The notes below the pieces were generated by a model that had not been told where the DNA came from, ran no database searches, and worked only from the letters and a program-made list of their open reading frames with translations. A stretch of DNA of 64,000 bases from Antedon mediterranea. Lineage: Eukaryota; Animalia; Echinodermata. Shown here in pieces: positions 47,567 through 63,200 of this stretch (position 1 is its first letter; the number at the start of each line of letters is the position of its first letter). The stretch is taken from NCBI RefSeq assembly GCF_964355755.1, contig NC_092672.1:16492001-16556000 (forward strand). The letters run 5' to 3'. The position numbers were made by a program, and so were the translations under genes.

Positions 47567-50500
47567 TCAGCCAGAGAGAGAGAGAGAGAGATAGATAGAT
47601 CAGCGAGAGAGAGAGAGATAGATCAGCGAGAGAGAGATAGATAGATAGATCAGCGAGAGAGAGATAGGTAGATCAGCGAGAGAGAGAGATAGATAGATCA
47701 GCGAGAGAGATAGATAGATCAGCGAGAGAGAGAGATAGATAGATCAGTGAGAGAGTGATAGATAGATCAGTAAGAAAGAGATAGATAGATTAGCGAGAGA
47801 GAGATAGATAGATCAGCGAGAGAGAGAGATAGATCAGCAAGAGAGAGATAGATAGATCAGCGAGAGAGAGAAAGAGATAGATCAGCGAGAGAGAGAGAGA
47901 GATAGATCAGCGAGAGAGAGAGAGAGATAGATCAGCGAGAGAGAGAGAGATAGATCAGCGAGAGAGAGAGATAGATCAGCGAGAGAGAGATAACGAGATC
48001 AGCGAGAGAGAGAGGGAGATAGATTAGCGATAGAGAGATAGATAGATCAGCGAGAGAGAGATAGATCAGCGAGAGGGAGAGAGATAGATCAGCGAGAGAG
48101 AAGATAGATCAGCGAGGGAGAGATAGATCAGCGAGAGAGAGATAGATCAGCGAGAGAGAGATAGATCAGCGAGAGAGATAGATCAGCGAGAGAGAGATAG
48201 ATCAGCGAGAGAGAGATAGATCAGCGAGAGAGAGAGAGATAGATCAGCGAGAGAGAGATAGATCAGCGAGAGAGAGAAATAGATCAGCGAGAGAGAGATA
48301 GATGAGAGAGAGAGAGAGATAGATCAGTGAGAGAGAGATAGATCAGCGAGAGAGAGATAGATCAGCGAGAGAGAGATAGATAGATCAGCGAGAGAGAGAT
48401 AGATAGATCAACGAAAGAGATAGATAGATCAGCGAGAGGGAAAGAGAGAGAGGTAGATCAGCGAGAGAGAGATAGATCAGCGAGAGAGAGATAGATCAGC
48501 GAGAGAGATAGATCAGCGAGAGAGAGAGATAGATCAGCAAGAGAGAGATAGATCAGCGAGAGAGAGATAGATCAGCGAGAGAGAGATAGATCAGCGAGAG
48601 AGAGAGAGATAGATCAGAGAGAGAGAGATAGACAGATCAGCGAGAGAGAGATAGATAGATCAGCGAGAGAGAGATAGATAGATCAGCGAGAGGGAGAGAG
48701 ATAGATCAGCGAGAGAGAGAGAGAGAGATAGATCAGCGAGAGAGAGATAGATAGATCAGCGAGAGAGAGATAGATAGATCAGCGAGAGAGAAAGAGAGAG
48801 AGAGAGAGATAGATCAGCCAGAGAGAGAGAGAGAGAGAGATAGATAGATCAGCGAGAGAGAGAGAGATAGATCAGCGAGAGAGAGATAGATAGATAGATC
48901 AGCGAGAGAGAGATAGGTAGATCAGCGAGAGAGAGAGATAGATAGATCAGCGAGAGAGAGAGATAGATAGATCAGTGAGAGAGTGATAGATAGATCAGTA
49001 AGAAAGAGATAGATAGATTAGCGAGAGAGAGATAGATAGATCAGCGAGAGAGAGAGATAGATCAGCAAGAGAGAGATAGATAGATCAGCGAGAGAGAGAA
49101 AGAGATAGATCAGCGAGAGAGAGAGAGAGAGATAGATCAGCGAGAGAGAGAGAGAGATAGATCAGCGAGAGAGAGAGAGATAGATCAGCGAGAGAGAGAG
49201 ATAGATCAGCGAGAGAGAGATAACGAGATCAGCGAGAGAGAGAGGGAGATAGATTAGCGAGAGAGAGATAGATAGATCAGCGAGAGAGAGATAGATCAGC
49301 GAGAGGGAGAGAGATAGATCAGCGAGAGAGAAGATAGATCAGCGAGGGAGAGATAGATCAGCGAGAGAGAGATAGATAGATCAGCGAGAGAGAGATAGAT
49401 CAGCGAGAGAGAGATAGAAAGATCAGTGAGAGAGAGATAGATCAGCGAGAGAGAGAGATAGATAGATCAGCGAGAGAGACAGCGATAGATCAGCGACAGA
49501 GAGACAGATCAGCGAGAGAGATAGATCAGCGAGAGAGAGATAGATCAGCGAGAGAGAGATAGATCAGCGAGAGAGAGATAGATCAGCGAGAGAGATAGAT
49601 CAGCGAGAGAGAGATAGATCAGCGAGAGAGAGATAGATCAGCGAGAGAGAGAGATAGATCAGCGAGAGAGAGATAGATCAGCGAGAGAGAGATAGATCAG
49701 CGAGAGAGAGAGATAGATCAGCGAGAGAGAGATAGATGAGAGAGAGAGAGAGATAGATCAGCGAGAGAGAGATAGATCAGCGAGAGAGAGAGATAGATCA
49801 GCGAGAGAGAGATAGATAGATCAGCGAGAGAGAGATAGATAGATCAACGAAAGAGATAGATAGATCAGCGAGAGGGAAAGAGAGAGAGGTAGATCAGCGA
49901 GAGAGAGATAGATCAGCGAGAGAGAGATAGATCAGCGAGAGAGAGATAGATCAGCGAGAGAGAGATAGATAGATTAGCGAAAGAGAAATAGATCAGCGAG
50001 AGAGATTTATATCAGCGAGAGAGAGATAGATCAGCGAGAGAGAGATAGATCAGCGAGAGAGAGAGAGATAGATCAGCGAGAGAGAGATAGATAGATCAGC
50101 GAGAGAGAGATAGATCAGCGAGAGAGAGAGAGATAGATTAGCGAGAGAGAGAGAGATAGATCAGCGAGAGAGAGATAGATAGATCAGCGAGAGAGAGAGA
50201 GATAGATTTGCGAGAGAGAGATAGATAGATCAGAGAGAGAGAGAGATAGATCAGCGAGAGAGAGAGAGATAGATCAGCGAGAGAGAGAGAGATAGATCAG
50301 CGAGAGAGAGATAGATAGATCAGCGAGAGAGAGATAGATCACCGAGAGGAGAGATAGATCAGCGAGAGAGAGATAGATCAGCGAGAGAGATAGAGATAGA
50401 TAGATCAGCGACAGAGAGATAGATAGATCAGGGAGAGATAGATAGATCAGCGAGAGAGAGATAGATAGATCAGCGAAAGAGATAGATAGATCAGCGAGAG

Positions 50501-50759
50501 AGAGAGAGAGAGATAGATAGATAGAGCAGCGAGAGAGAGATAGATAGATCAGTGTGGGAGAGAGATAGATAGATCAGCGAGAGAGAGATAAATAGATCAG
50601 AGAGAGAGAGATAGACAGATCAGCGAGAGAGAGATAGATAGATCAGCGAGAGAGAGATAGATAGATCAGCGAGAGGGAGAGAGATAGATCAGCGAGAGAG
50701 AGAGAGAGATAGATCAGCGAGAGAGAGATAGATAGATCAGCGAGAGAGAGATAGATAGA

Positions 50760-50796
<37 letters not shown>

Positions 50797-53700
50797 TCAG
50801 CCAGAGAGAGAGAGAGAGAGATAGATAGATCAGCGAGAGAGAGAGAGATAGATCAGCGAGAGAGAGATAGATAGATAGATCAGCGAGAGAGAGATAGGTA
50901 GATCAGCGAGAGAGAGAGATAGATAGATCAGCGAGAGAGATAGATAGATCAGCGAGAGAGAGAGATAGATAGATCAGTGAGAGAGTGATAGATAGATCAG
51001 TAAGAAAGAGATAGATAGATTAGCGAGAGAGAGATAGATAGATCAGCGAGAGAGAGAGATAGATCAGCAAGAGAGAGATAGATAGATCAGCGAGAGAGAG
51101 AAAGAGATAGATCAGCGAGAGAGAGAGAGAGATAGATCAGCGAGAGAGAGAGAGAGATAGATCAGCGAGAGAGAGAGAGATAGATCAGCGAGAGAGAGAG
51201 ATAGATCAGCGAGAGAGAGATAACGAGATCAGCGAGAGAGAGAGGGAGATAGATTAGCGATAGAGAGATAGATAGATCAGCGAGAGAGAGATAGATCAGC
51301 GAGAGGGAGAGAGATAGATCAGCGAGAGAGAAGATAGATCAGCGAGGGAGAGATAGATCAGCGAGAGAGAGATAGATCAGCGAGAGAGAGATAGATCAGC
51401 GAGAGAGATAGATCAGCGAGAGAGAGATAGATCAGCGAGAGAGAGATAGATCAGCGAGAGAGAGAGAGATAGATCAGCGAGAGAGAGATAGATCAGCGAG
51501 AGAGAGAAATAGATCAGCGAGAGAGAGATAGATGAGAGAGAGAGAGAGATAGATCAGTGAGAGAGAGATAGATCAGCGAGAGAGAGATAGATCAGCGAGA
51601 GAGAGATAGATAGATCAGCGAGAGAGAGATAGATAGATCAACGAAAGAGATAGATAGATCAGCGAGAGGGAAAGAGAGAGAGGTAGATCAGCGAGAGAGA
51701 GATAGATCAGCGAGAGAGAGATAGATCAGCGAGAGAGATAGATCAGCGAGAGAGAGAGATAGATCAGCAAGAGAGAGATAGATCAGCGAGAGAGAGATAG
51801 ATCAGCGAGAGAGAGATAGATCAGCGAGAGAGAGAGAGATAGATCAGAGAGAGAGAGATAGACAGATCAGCGAGAGAGAGATAGATAGATCAGCGAGAGA
51901 GAGATAGATAGATCAGCGAGAGGGAGAGAGATAGATCAGCGAGAGAGAGAGAGAGAGATAGATCAGCGAGAGAGAGATAGATAGATCAGCGAGAGAGAGA
52001 TAGATAGATCAGCGAGAGAGAAAGAGAGAGAGAGAGAGATAGATCAGCCAGAGAGAGAGAGAGAGAGAGATAGATAGATCAGCGAGAGAGAGAGAGATAG
52101 ATCAGCGAGAGAGAGATAGATAGATAGATCAGCGAGAGAGAGATAGGTAGATCAGCGAGAGAGAGAGATAGATAGATCAGCGAGAGAGAGAGATAGATAG
52201 ATCAGTGAGAGAGTGATAGATAGATCAGTAAGAAAGAGATAGATAGATTAGCGAGAGAGAGATAGATAGATCAGCGAGAGAGAGAGATAGATCAGCAAGA
52301 GAGAGATAGATAGATCAGCGAGAGAGAGAAAGAGATAGATCAGCGAGAGAGAGAGAGAGAGATAGATCAGCGAGAGAGAGAGAGAGATAGATCAGCGAGA
52401 GAGAGAGAGATAGATCAGCGAGAGAGAGAGATAGATCAGCGAGAGAGAGATAACGAGATCAGCGAGAGAGAGAGGGAGATAGATTAGCGAGAGAGAGATA
52501 GATAGATCAGCGAGAGAGAGATAGATCAGCGAGAGGGAGAGAGATAGATCAGCGAGAGAGAAGATAGATCAGCGAGGGAGAGATAGATCAGCGAGAGAGA
52601 GATAGATAGATCAGCGAGAGAGAGATAGATCAGCGAGAGAGAGATAGAAAGATCAGTGAGAGAGAGATAGATCAGCGAGAGAGAGAGATAGATAGATCAG
52701 CGAGAGAGACAGCGATAGATCAGCGACAGAGAGACAGATCAGCGAGAGAGATAGATCAGCGAGAGAGAGATAGATCAGCGAGAGAGAGATAGATCAGCGA
52801 GAGAGAGATAGATCAGCGAGAGAGATAGATCAGCGAGAGAGAGATAGATCAGCGAGAGAGAGATAGATCAGCGAGAGAGAGAGAGATAGATCAGCGAGAG
52901 AGAGATAGATCAGCGAGAGAGAGATAGATCAGCGAGAGAGAGAGATAGATCAGCGAGAGAGAGATAGATGAGAGAGAGAGAGAGATAGATCAGCGAGAGA
53001 GAGATAGATCAGCGAGAGAGAGAGATAGATCAGCGAGAGAGAGATAGATAGATCAGCGAGAGAGAGATAGATAGATCAACGAAAGAGATAGATAGATCAG
53101 CGAGAGGGAAAGAGAGAGAGGTAGATCAGCGAGAGAGAGATAGATCAGCGAGAGAGAGATAGATCAGCGAGAGAGAGATAGATCAGCGAGAGAGAGATAG
53201 ATCAGCGAGAGAGAGATAGATAGATTAGCGAAAGAGAAATAGATCAGCGAGAGAGATTTATATCAGCGAGAGAGAGATAGATCAGCGAGAGAGAGATAGA
53301 TCAGCGAGAGAGAGAGAGATAGATCAGCGAGAGAGAGATAGATAGATCAGCGAGAGAGAGATAGATCAGCGAGAGAGAGATAGATAGATCAGAGAGAGAG
53401 AGAGATAGATCAGCGAGAGAGAGAGAGATAGCTCAGCGAGAGAGAGAGAGATAGATCAGCGAGAGAGAGATAGATAGATCAGCGAGAGAGAGATAGATCA
53501 CCGAGAGGAGAGATAGATCAGCGAGAGAGAGATAGATCAGCGAGAGAGATAGAGATAGATAGATCAGCGACAGAGAGATAGATAGATCAGGGAGAGATAG
53601 ATAGATCAGCGAGAGAGAGAGAGATAGATCAGAGAGAGAGAGATAGACAGATCAGCGAGAGAGAGATAGATAGATCAGCGAGAGAGAGATAGATAGATCA

Positions 53701-54464
53701 GCGAGAGGGAGAGAGATAGATCAGCGAGAGAGAGAGAGAGAGATAGATCAGCGAGAGAGAGATAGATAGATCAGCGAGAGAGAGATAGATAGATCAGCGA
53801 GAGAGAAAGAGAGAGAGAGAGAGATAGATCAGCCAGAGAGAGAGAGAGAGAGAGAGAGATAGATCAGCGAGAGAGAGATAGATAGATCAGCGAGAGAGAG
53901 AGAGATAGATTTGCGAGAGAGAGATAGATAGATCAGAGAGAGAGAGAGATAGATCAGCGAGAGAGAGAGAGATAGCTCAGCGAGAGAGAGAGAGATAGAT
54001 CAGCGAGAGAGAGATAGATAGATCAGCGAGAGAGAGATAGATCACCGAGAGGAGAGATAGATCAGCGAGAGAGAGATAGATCAGCGAGAGAGATAGAGAT
54101 AGATAGATCAGCGACAGAGAGATAGATAGATCAGGGAGAGATAGATAGATCAGCGAGAGAGAGATAGATAGATCAGCGAAAGAGATAGATAGATCAGCGA
54201 GAGAGAGAGAGAGAGATAGATAGATAGAGCAGCGAGAGAGAGATAGATAGATCAGTGTGGGAGAGAGATAGATAGATCAGCGAGAGAGAGATAAATAGAT
54301 CAGAGAGAGAGAGAGATAGACAGATCAGCGAGAGAGAGATAGATAGATCAGCGAGAGAGAGATAGATAGATCAGCGAGAGGGAGAGAGATAGATCAGCGA
54401 GAGAGAGAGAGAGATAGATCAGCGAGAGAGAGATAGATAGATCAGCGAGAGAGAGATAGATAGA

Positions 54465-54503
<39 letters not shown>

Positions 54504-56542
54504 TCAGCCAGAGAGAGAGAGAGAGAGATAGATAGATCAGCGAGAGAGAGAGAGATAGATCAGCGAGAGAGAGATAGATAGATAGATCAGCGAGAGAGAG
54601 ATAGGTAGATCAGCGAGAGAGAGAGATAGATAGATCAGCGAGAGAGATAGATAGATCAGCGAGAGAGAGAGATAGATAGATCAGTGAGAGAGTGATAGAT
54701 AGATCAGTAAGAAAGAGATAGATAGATTAGCGAGAGAGAGATAGATAGATCAGCGAGAGAGAGAGATAGATCAGCAAGAGAGAGATAGATAGATCAGCGA
54801 GAGAGAGAAAGAGATAGATCAGCGAGAGAGAGAGAGAGATAGATCAGCGAGAGAGAGAGAGAGATAGATCAGCGAGAGAGAGAGAGATAGATCAGCGAGA
54901 GAGAGAGATAGATCAGCGAGAGAGAGATAACGAGATCAGCGAGAGAGAGAGGGAGATAGATTAGCGATAGAGAGATAGATAGATCAGCGAGAGAGAGATA
55001 GATCAGCGAGAGGGAGAGAGATAGATCAGCGAGAGAGAAGATAGATCAGCGAGGGAGAGATAGATCAGCGAGAGAGAGATAGATAGATCAGCGAGAGAGA
55101 GATAAATCAGCGAGAGAGAGATAGAAAGATCAGTGAGAGAGAGATAGATCAGCGAGAGAGAGAGAGATAGATAGATCAGCGAGAGAGACAGCGATAGATC
55201 AGCGACAGAGAGACAGATCAGCGAGAGAGATAGATCAGCGAGAGAGAGATAGATCAGCGAGAGAGAGATAGATCAGCGAGAGAGAGATAGATCAGCGAGA
55301 GAGATAGATCAGCGAGAGAGAGATAGATCAGCGAGAGAGAGATAGATCAGCGAGAGAGAGAGAGATAGATCAGCGAGAGAGAGAGATAGATCAGCGAGAG
55401 AGAGAAATAGATCAGCGAGAGAGAGATAGATGAGAGAGAGAGAGATAGATCAGTGAGAGAGAGATAGATCAGCGAGAGAGAGATAGATCAGCGAGAGAGA
55501 GATAGATAGATCAGCGAGAGAGAGATAGATAGATCAACGAAAGAGATAGATAGATCAGCGAGAGGGAAAGAGAGAGAGGTAGATCAGCGAGAGAGAGATA
55601 GATCAGCGAGAGAGAGATAGATCAGCGAGAGAGAGATAGATCAGCGAGAGAGAGATAGATAGATTAGCGAAAGAGAGATAGATCAGCGAGAGAGATTTAT
55701 ATCAGCGAGAGAGAGATAGATCAGCGAGAGAGAGATAGATCAGCGAGAGAGAGAGAGAGATAGATCAGCGAGAGAGAGATAGATAGATCAGCGAGAGAGA
55801 GATAGATCAGCGAGAGAGAGAGAGATAGATTAGCGAGAGAGAGAGAGAGATAGATCGGCGAGAGAGAGATAGATAGATCAGCGAGAGAGAGAGAGATAGA
55901 TTTGAGAGAGAGAGATAGATAGATCAGAGAGAGAGAGAGATAGATCAGCGAGAGAGAGAGAGATAGATCAGCGAGAGAGAGATAGATAGATCAGCCAGAG
56001 AGAGATAGATCAGCGACAGAGAGAGAGATAGATCAGCGAGAGAGAGATAGATCAGTGAGAGACAGAGAAATATATCAGCGAGAGAGAGAGATAGATCAGC
56101 GAGAGAGAGATAGATCAGCGAGAGAGATAGATCAGCGAGAGAGAGATAGATCAGCGAGAGAGAGATAGATCAGCGAGAGAGAGAGAGATAGATCAGCGAG
56201 AGAGAGATAGATCAGCGAGAGAGAGAAATAGATCAGCGAGAGAGAGATAGATGAGAGAGAGAGAGATAGATCAGTGAGAGAGAGATAGATCAGCGAGAGA
56301 GAGATAGATCAGCGAGAGAGAGATAGATAGATCAGCGAGAGAGAGATAGATAGATCAACGAAAGAGATAGATAGATCAGCGAGAGGGAAAGAGAGAGAGG
56401 TAGATCAGCGAGAGAGAGATAGATCAGCGAGAGAGAGATAGATCAGCGAGAGAGATAGATCAGCGAGAGAGAGAGATAGATCAGCAAGAGAGAGATAGAT
56501 CAGCGAGAGAGAGATAGATCAGCGAGAGAGAGATAGATCAGC

Positions 56543-56578
<36 letters not shown>

Positions 56579-59500
56579 TAGATCATCGAGAGAGAGATAG
56601 ATAGATCAGCGAGAGAGAGAGATAGATCAGCCAGAGAGAGATAGATCAGCCAGAGAGAGATAGATAGATCAGCGAGAGAGAGATAGATCAGCGAGAGAGA
56701 GATAGATCAGCGAGACAGAGATAGATCAGCGAGAGAGAGATAGATCAGCGAGAGAGAGAGATAGATCAGCGAGAGAGAGATAGATCAGCGAGAGAGAGAG
56801 ATAGATCAGCAAGAGAGAGATAGATCAGCGAGAGAGAGATTGATCAGCGAGAGAGAGATAGATCAGCAAGAGAGAGATAGATCAGCGCGAGAGAGATAGA
56901 TCAGCGAAAGAGAGATAGATCAGCGAGAGAGAGATAGATCAGCGAGAGAGAGATAGATCACCGAGAGGAGAGATAGATCAGCGAGAGAGAGATAGATCAG
57001 CGAGAGAGATAGAGATAGATAGATCAGCGACAGAGAGATAGATAGATCAGGGAGAGATAGATAGATCAGCGAGAGAGAGATAGATAGATCAGCGAGAGAG
57101 ATAGATAGATCAGCGAGAGAGAGAGAGAGAGATAGATAGATAGAGCAGCGAGAGAGAGATAGATAGATCAGTGTGGGAGAGAGATAGATATATCAGCGAG
57201 AGAGAGATAAATAGATCAGAGAGAGAGAGATAGACAGATCAGCGAGAGAGAGATAGATAGATCAGCGAGAGAGAGATAGATAGATCAGCGAGAGGGAGAG
57301 AGATAGATCAGCGAGAGAGAGAGAGAGAGATAGATCAGCGAGAGAGAGATAGATAGATCAGCGAGAGAGAGATAGATAGATCAGCGAGAGAGAAAGAGAG
57401 AGAGAGAGAGATAGATCAGCCAGAGAGAGAGAGAGAGAGATAGATAGATCAGCGAGAGAGAGAGAGATAGATCAGCGAGAGAGAGATAGATAGATAGATC
57501 AGCGAGAGAGAGATAGATCAGCGAGAGAGAGATAGATCAGCGAGAGAGAGAGAGAGATAGATCAGCGAGAGAGAGATTGATCAGCGAGAGAGAGATAGAT
57601 CAACGAGAGAGAGATTGATCAGCGAGAGAGAGATAGATCAGCAAGAGAGAGATAGATCAGCGCGAGAGAGATAGATCAGCGAAAGAGAGATAGATCAGCG
57701 AGAGAGAGATAGATCAGCGAGAGAGAGATAGATCACCGAGAGGAGAGATAGATCAGCGAGAGAGAGATAGATCAGCGAGAGAGATAGAGATAGATAGATC
57801 AGCGACAGAGAGATAGATAGATCAGGGAGAGATAGATAGATCAGCGAGAGAGAGATAGATAGATCAGCGAGAGAGATAGATAGATCAGCGAGAGAGAGAG
57901 AGAGAGAGATAGATAGATAGAGCAGCGAGAGAGAGATAGATAGATCAGTGTGGGAGAGAGATAGATATATCAGCGAGAGAGAGATAAATAGATCAGAGAG
58001 AGAGAGATAGACAGATCAGCGAGAGAGAGATAGATAGATCAGCGAGAGAGAGATAGATAGATCAGCGAGAGGGAGAGAGATAGATCAGCGAGAGAGAGAG
58101 AGAGAGATAGATCAGCGAGAGAGAGATAGATAGATCAGCGAGAGAGAGATAGATAGATCAGCGAGAGAGAAAGAGAGAGAGAGAGAGATAGATCAGCCAG
58201 AGAGAGAGAGAGAGAGATAGATAGATCAGCGAGAGAGAGAGAGATAGATCAGCGAGAGAGAGATAGATAGATAGATCAGCGAGAGAGAGATAGGTAGATC
58301 AGCGAGAGAGAGAGATAGATAGATCAGCGAGAGAGAGAGATAGATAGATCAGTGAGAGAGTGATAGATAGATCAGTAAGAAAGAGATAGATAGATTAGCG
58401 AGAGAGAGATAGATAGATCAGCGAGAGAGAGAGATAGATCAGCAAGAGAGAGATAGATAGATCAGCGAGAGAGAGAAAGAGATAGATCAGCGAGAGAGAG
58501 AGAGAGATAGATCAGCGAGAGAGAGAGAGAGATAGATCAGCGAGAGAGAGAGAGATAGATCAGCGAGAGAGAGAGATAGATCAGCGAGAGAGAGATAACG
58601 AGATCAGCGAGAGAGAGAGAGAGATAGATTAGCGAGAGAGAGATAGATAGATCAGCGAGAGAGAGATAGATCAGCGAGAGGGAGAGAGATAGATCAGCGA
58701 GAGAGAAGATAGATCAGCGAGGGAGAGATAGATCAGCGAGAGAGAGAGATAGATAGATCAGCGAGAGAGAGATAGATCAGCGAGAGAGAGATAGAAAGAT
58801 CAGTGAGAGAGAGATAGATCAGCGAGAGAGAGAGATAGATAGATCAGCGAGAGAGACAGCGATAGATCAGCGACAGAGAGACAGATCAGCGAGAGAGATA
58901 GATCAGCGAGAGAGAGATAGATCAGCGAGAGAGAGATAGATCAGCGAGAGAGAGATAGATCAGCGAGAGAGAGATAGATCAGCGAGAGAGATAGATCAGC
59001 GAGAGAGAGATAGATCAGCGAGAGAGAGATAGATCAGCGAGAGAGAGAGAGATAGATCAGCGAGAGAGAGATAGATCAGCGAGAGAGAGATAGATCAGCG
59101 AGAGAGAGATAGATCAGCGAGAGAGAGAGATAGATCAGCGAGAGAGAGATAGATGAGAGAGAGAGAGAGAGATAGATCAGTGAGAGAGAGATAGATCAGC
59201 GAGAGAGAGATAGATCAGCGAGAGAGAGATAGATAGATCAGCGAGAGAGAGATAGATAGATCAACGAAAGAGATAGATAGATCAGCGAGAGGGAAAGAGA
59301 GAGAGGTAGATCAGCGAGAGAGAGATAGATCAGCGAGAGAGAGATAGATCAGCGAGAGAGAGATAGATCAGCGAGAGAGAGATAGATCAGCGAGAGAGAG
59401 ATAGATAGATTAGCGAAAGAGAAATAGATCAGCGAGAGAGATTTATATCAGCGAGAGAGAGTTAGATCAGCGAGAGAGAGATAGATCAGCGAGAGAGAGA

Positions 59501-60205
59501 GAGATAGATCAGCGAGAGAGAGATAGATAGATCAGCGAGAGAGAGATAGATCAGCGAGAGAGAGAGAGATAGATTAGCGAGAGAGAGAGAGAGAGAGATA
59601 GATCAGCGAGAGAGAGATAGATAGATCAGCGAGAGAGAGAGAGATAGATTTGCGAGAGAGAGATAGATAGATCAGAGAGAGAGAGAGATAGATCAGCGAG
59701 AGAGAGAGAGATAGATCAGCGAGAGAGAGAGAGATAGATCAGCGAGAGAGAGATAGATAGATCAGCGAGAGAGAGATAGATCACCGAGAGGAGAGATAGA
59801 TCAGCGAGAGAGAGATAGATCAGCGAGAGAGATAGAGATAGATAGATCAGCGACAGAGAGATAGATAGATCAGGGAGAGATAGATAGATCAGCGAGAGAG
59901 AGATAGATAGATCAGCGAAAGAGATAGATAGATCAGCGAGAGAGAGAGAGAGAGAGAGACAGATAGATAGAGCAGCGAGAGAGAGATAGATAGATCAGTG
60001 TGGGAGAGAGATAGATAGATCAGCGAGAGAGAGATAAATAGATCAGAGAGAGAGAGATAGACAGATCAGCGAGAGAGAGATAGATAGATCAGCGAGAGAG
60101 AGATAGATAGATCAGCGAGAGGGAGAGAGATAGATCAGCGAGAGAGAGAGAGAGATAGATCAGCGAGAGAGAGATAGATAGATCAGCGAGAGAGAGATAG
60201 ATAGA

Positions 60206-60244
<39 letters not shown>

Positions 60245-63200
60245 TCAGCCAGAGAGAGAGAGAGAGAGATAGATAGATCAGCGAGAGAGAGAGAGATAGA
60301 TCAGCGAGAGAGAGATAGATAGATAGATCAGCGAGAGAGAGATAGGTAGATCAGCGAGAGAGAGAGATAGATAGATCAGCGAGAGAGATAGATAGATCAG
60401 CGAGAGAGAGAGATAGATAGATCAGTGAGAGAGTGATAGATAGATCAGTAAGAAAGAGATAGATAGATTAGCGAGAGAGAGATAGATAGATCAGCGAGAG
60501 AGAGAGATAGATCAGCAAGAGAGAGATAGATAGATCAGCGAGAGAGAGAAAGAGATAGATCAGCGAGAGAGAGAGAGAGATAGATCAGCGAGAGAGAGAG
60601 AGAGATAGATCAGCGAGAGAGAGAGAGATAGATCAGCGAGAGAGAGAGATAGATCAGCGAGAGAGAGATAACGAGATCAGCGAGAGAGAGAGGGAGATAG
60701 ATTAGCGATAGAGAGATAGATAGATCAGCGAGAGAGAGATAGATCAGCGAGAGGGAGAGAGATAGATCAGCGAGAGAGAAGATAGATCAGCGAGGGAGAG
60801 ATAGATCAGCGAGAGAGAGATAGATAGATCAGCGAGAGAGAGATAAATCAGCGAGAGAGAGATAGAAAGATCAGTGAGAGAGAGATAGATCAGCGAGAGA
60901 GAGAGAGATAGATAGATCAGCGAGAGAGACAGCGATAGATCAGCGACAGAGAGACAGATCAGCGAGAGAGATAGATCAGCGAGAGAGAGATAGATCAGCG
61001 AGAGAGAGATAGATCAGCGAGAGAGAGATAGATCAGCGAGAGAGATAGATCAGCGAGAGAGAGATAGATCAGCGAGAGAGAGATAGATCAGCGAGAGAGA
61101 GAGAGATAGATCAGCGAGAGAGAGATAGATCAGCGAGAGAGAGAAATAGATCAGCGAGAGAGAGATAGATGAGAGAGAGAGAGATAGATCAGTGAGAGAG
61201 AGATAGATCAGCGAGAGAGAGATAGATCAGCGAGAGAGAGATAGATAGATCAGCGAGAGAGAGATAGATAGATCAACGAAAGAGATAGATAGATCAGCGA
61301 GAGGGAAAGAGAGAGAGGTAGATCAGCGAGAGAGAGATAGATCAGCGAGAGAGAGATAGATCAGCGAGAGAGAGATAGATCAGCGAGAGAGAGATAGATA
61401 GATTAGCGAAAGAGAGATAGATCAGCGAGAGAGATTTATATCAGCGAGAGAGAGATAGATCAGCGAGAGAGAGATAGATCAGCGAGAGAGAGAGAGAGAT
61501 AGATCAGCGAGAGAGAGATAGATAGATCAGCGAGAGAGAGATAGATCAGCGAGAGAGAGAGAGATAGATTAGCGAGAGAGAGAGAGAGATAGATCGGCGA
61601 GAGAGAGATAGATAGATCAGCGAGAGAGAGAGAGATAGATTTGCGAGAGAGAGATAGATAGATCAGAGAGAGAGAGAGATAGATCAGCGAGAGAGAGAGA
61701 GATAGATCAGCGAGAGAGAGATAGATAGATCAGCGAGAGAGAGATAGATCAGCGACAGAGAGAGAGATAGATCAGCGAGAGAGAGATAGATCAGTGAGAG
61801 ACAGAGAAATAGATCAGCGAGAGAGAGAGATAGATCAGCGAGAGAGATAGATCAGCGAGAAAGAGATAGATCAGCGAGAGAGAGATTGATCAGCGAGAGA
61901 GAGATAGATCAGCGAGAGAGAGATTGATCAGCGAAAGAAAGATAGTTCAGCGAGAGAGAGATAGATCAGCGAGAGAGAGATAGATCAGCGAGAGAGAGAG
62001 ATAGATCAGCGAGAGAGAGATAGATCAGCGAGAGAGAGGTAGATCAGCGAGAGAGAGAGAGATAGATCAGCGAGAGAGAGATAGATCAGCGAGAGAGAGA
62101 TAGATCAGCGAGAGAGAGAGATAGATTAGCGACAGAGAGATAGATCAGCGAGAGATAGATCAGCGAGAGAGAGATAGATTAGCGACAGAGAGATAGATCA
62201 GCGAGAGATAGATCAGCGAGAGAGAGATAGATCAGCGAGAGAGAGAGAGATAGATAGATCAGCGAGAGAGAGAGATAGATCAGCGAGAGAGAGATAGATA
62301 GATCAGCGAGAGAGAGATAGATCAGCGAGAGAGAGATAGAAAGATGAGTGAGAGAGAGATAGATCAGCGAGAGAGAGAGATAGATAGATCAGCGAGAGAG
62401 AGATAGATCAGCGACAGAGAGACAGATCAGCGAGATAGATAGATCAGCGAGCGAGAGATAGATCAGCGAAAGAGAGATAGATCAGCGAGAGAGAGATAGA
62501 TCAGCGAGAGAGATAGATCAGCGAGAGAGAGATAGATCAGCGAGAGAGAGATAGATCAGCGAGAGAGAGAGATAGATCAGCGAGAGAGAGATAGATCAGC
62601 GAGAGAGAGATAGATCAGCGAGAGAGAGATAGATCAGCGAGAGAGAGATAGATCAGTGAGAGAGAGATAGATCAGCGAGAGAGAGAGATAGATCAGCGAG
62701 AAAGAGATAGATAGATCAGCGAGAGAGAGATAGATAGATCAACGAGAGAGATAGATAGATCAGCGAGAGGGAGAGAGAGGTAGATCAGGGAGAGAGAGAT
62801 AGATCAGCGAGAGAGAGATAGATCAGCGAGAGAGAGATAGATCAGCGAGAGAGAGATAGATCAGCGAGAGAGAGATAGATCAGCGAGAGAGAGATAGATC
62901 AGCGAGAGAGAGATAGATCAGCGAGAGAGAGATAGATAAGCGAGAGAGAGATAGATCAGCGAGAGAGAGATAGATCAGCGAGAGAGAGATAGATCAGAGA
63001 GAGAGAGATAGATCAGCGAGAGAGAGATAGATCAGCGAGAGAGAGATAGATCAATGAGAGAGAGAGAGAGATAGATCAGCGAGAGAGAGATAGATCAGCG
63101 AGAGAGAGATAGATCAGCGAGAGAGAGAGATAGATCAGCGAGAGAGAGATAGATCAGCGAGAGAGATAGATCAGCGAGAGAGAGATAGATCAGCGAGAGA

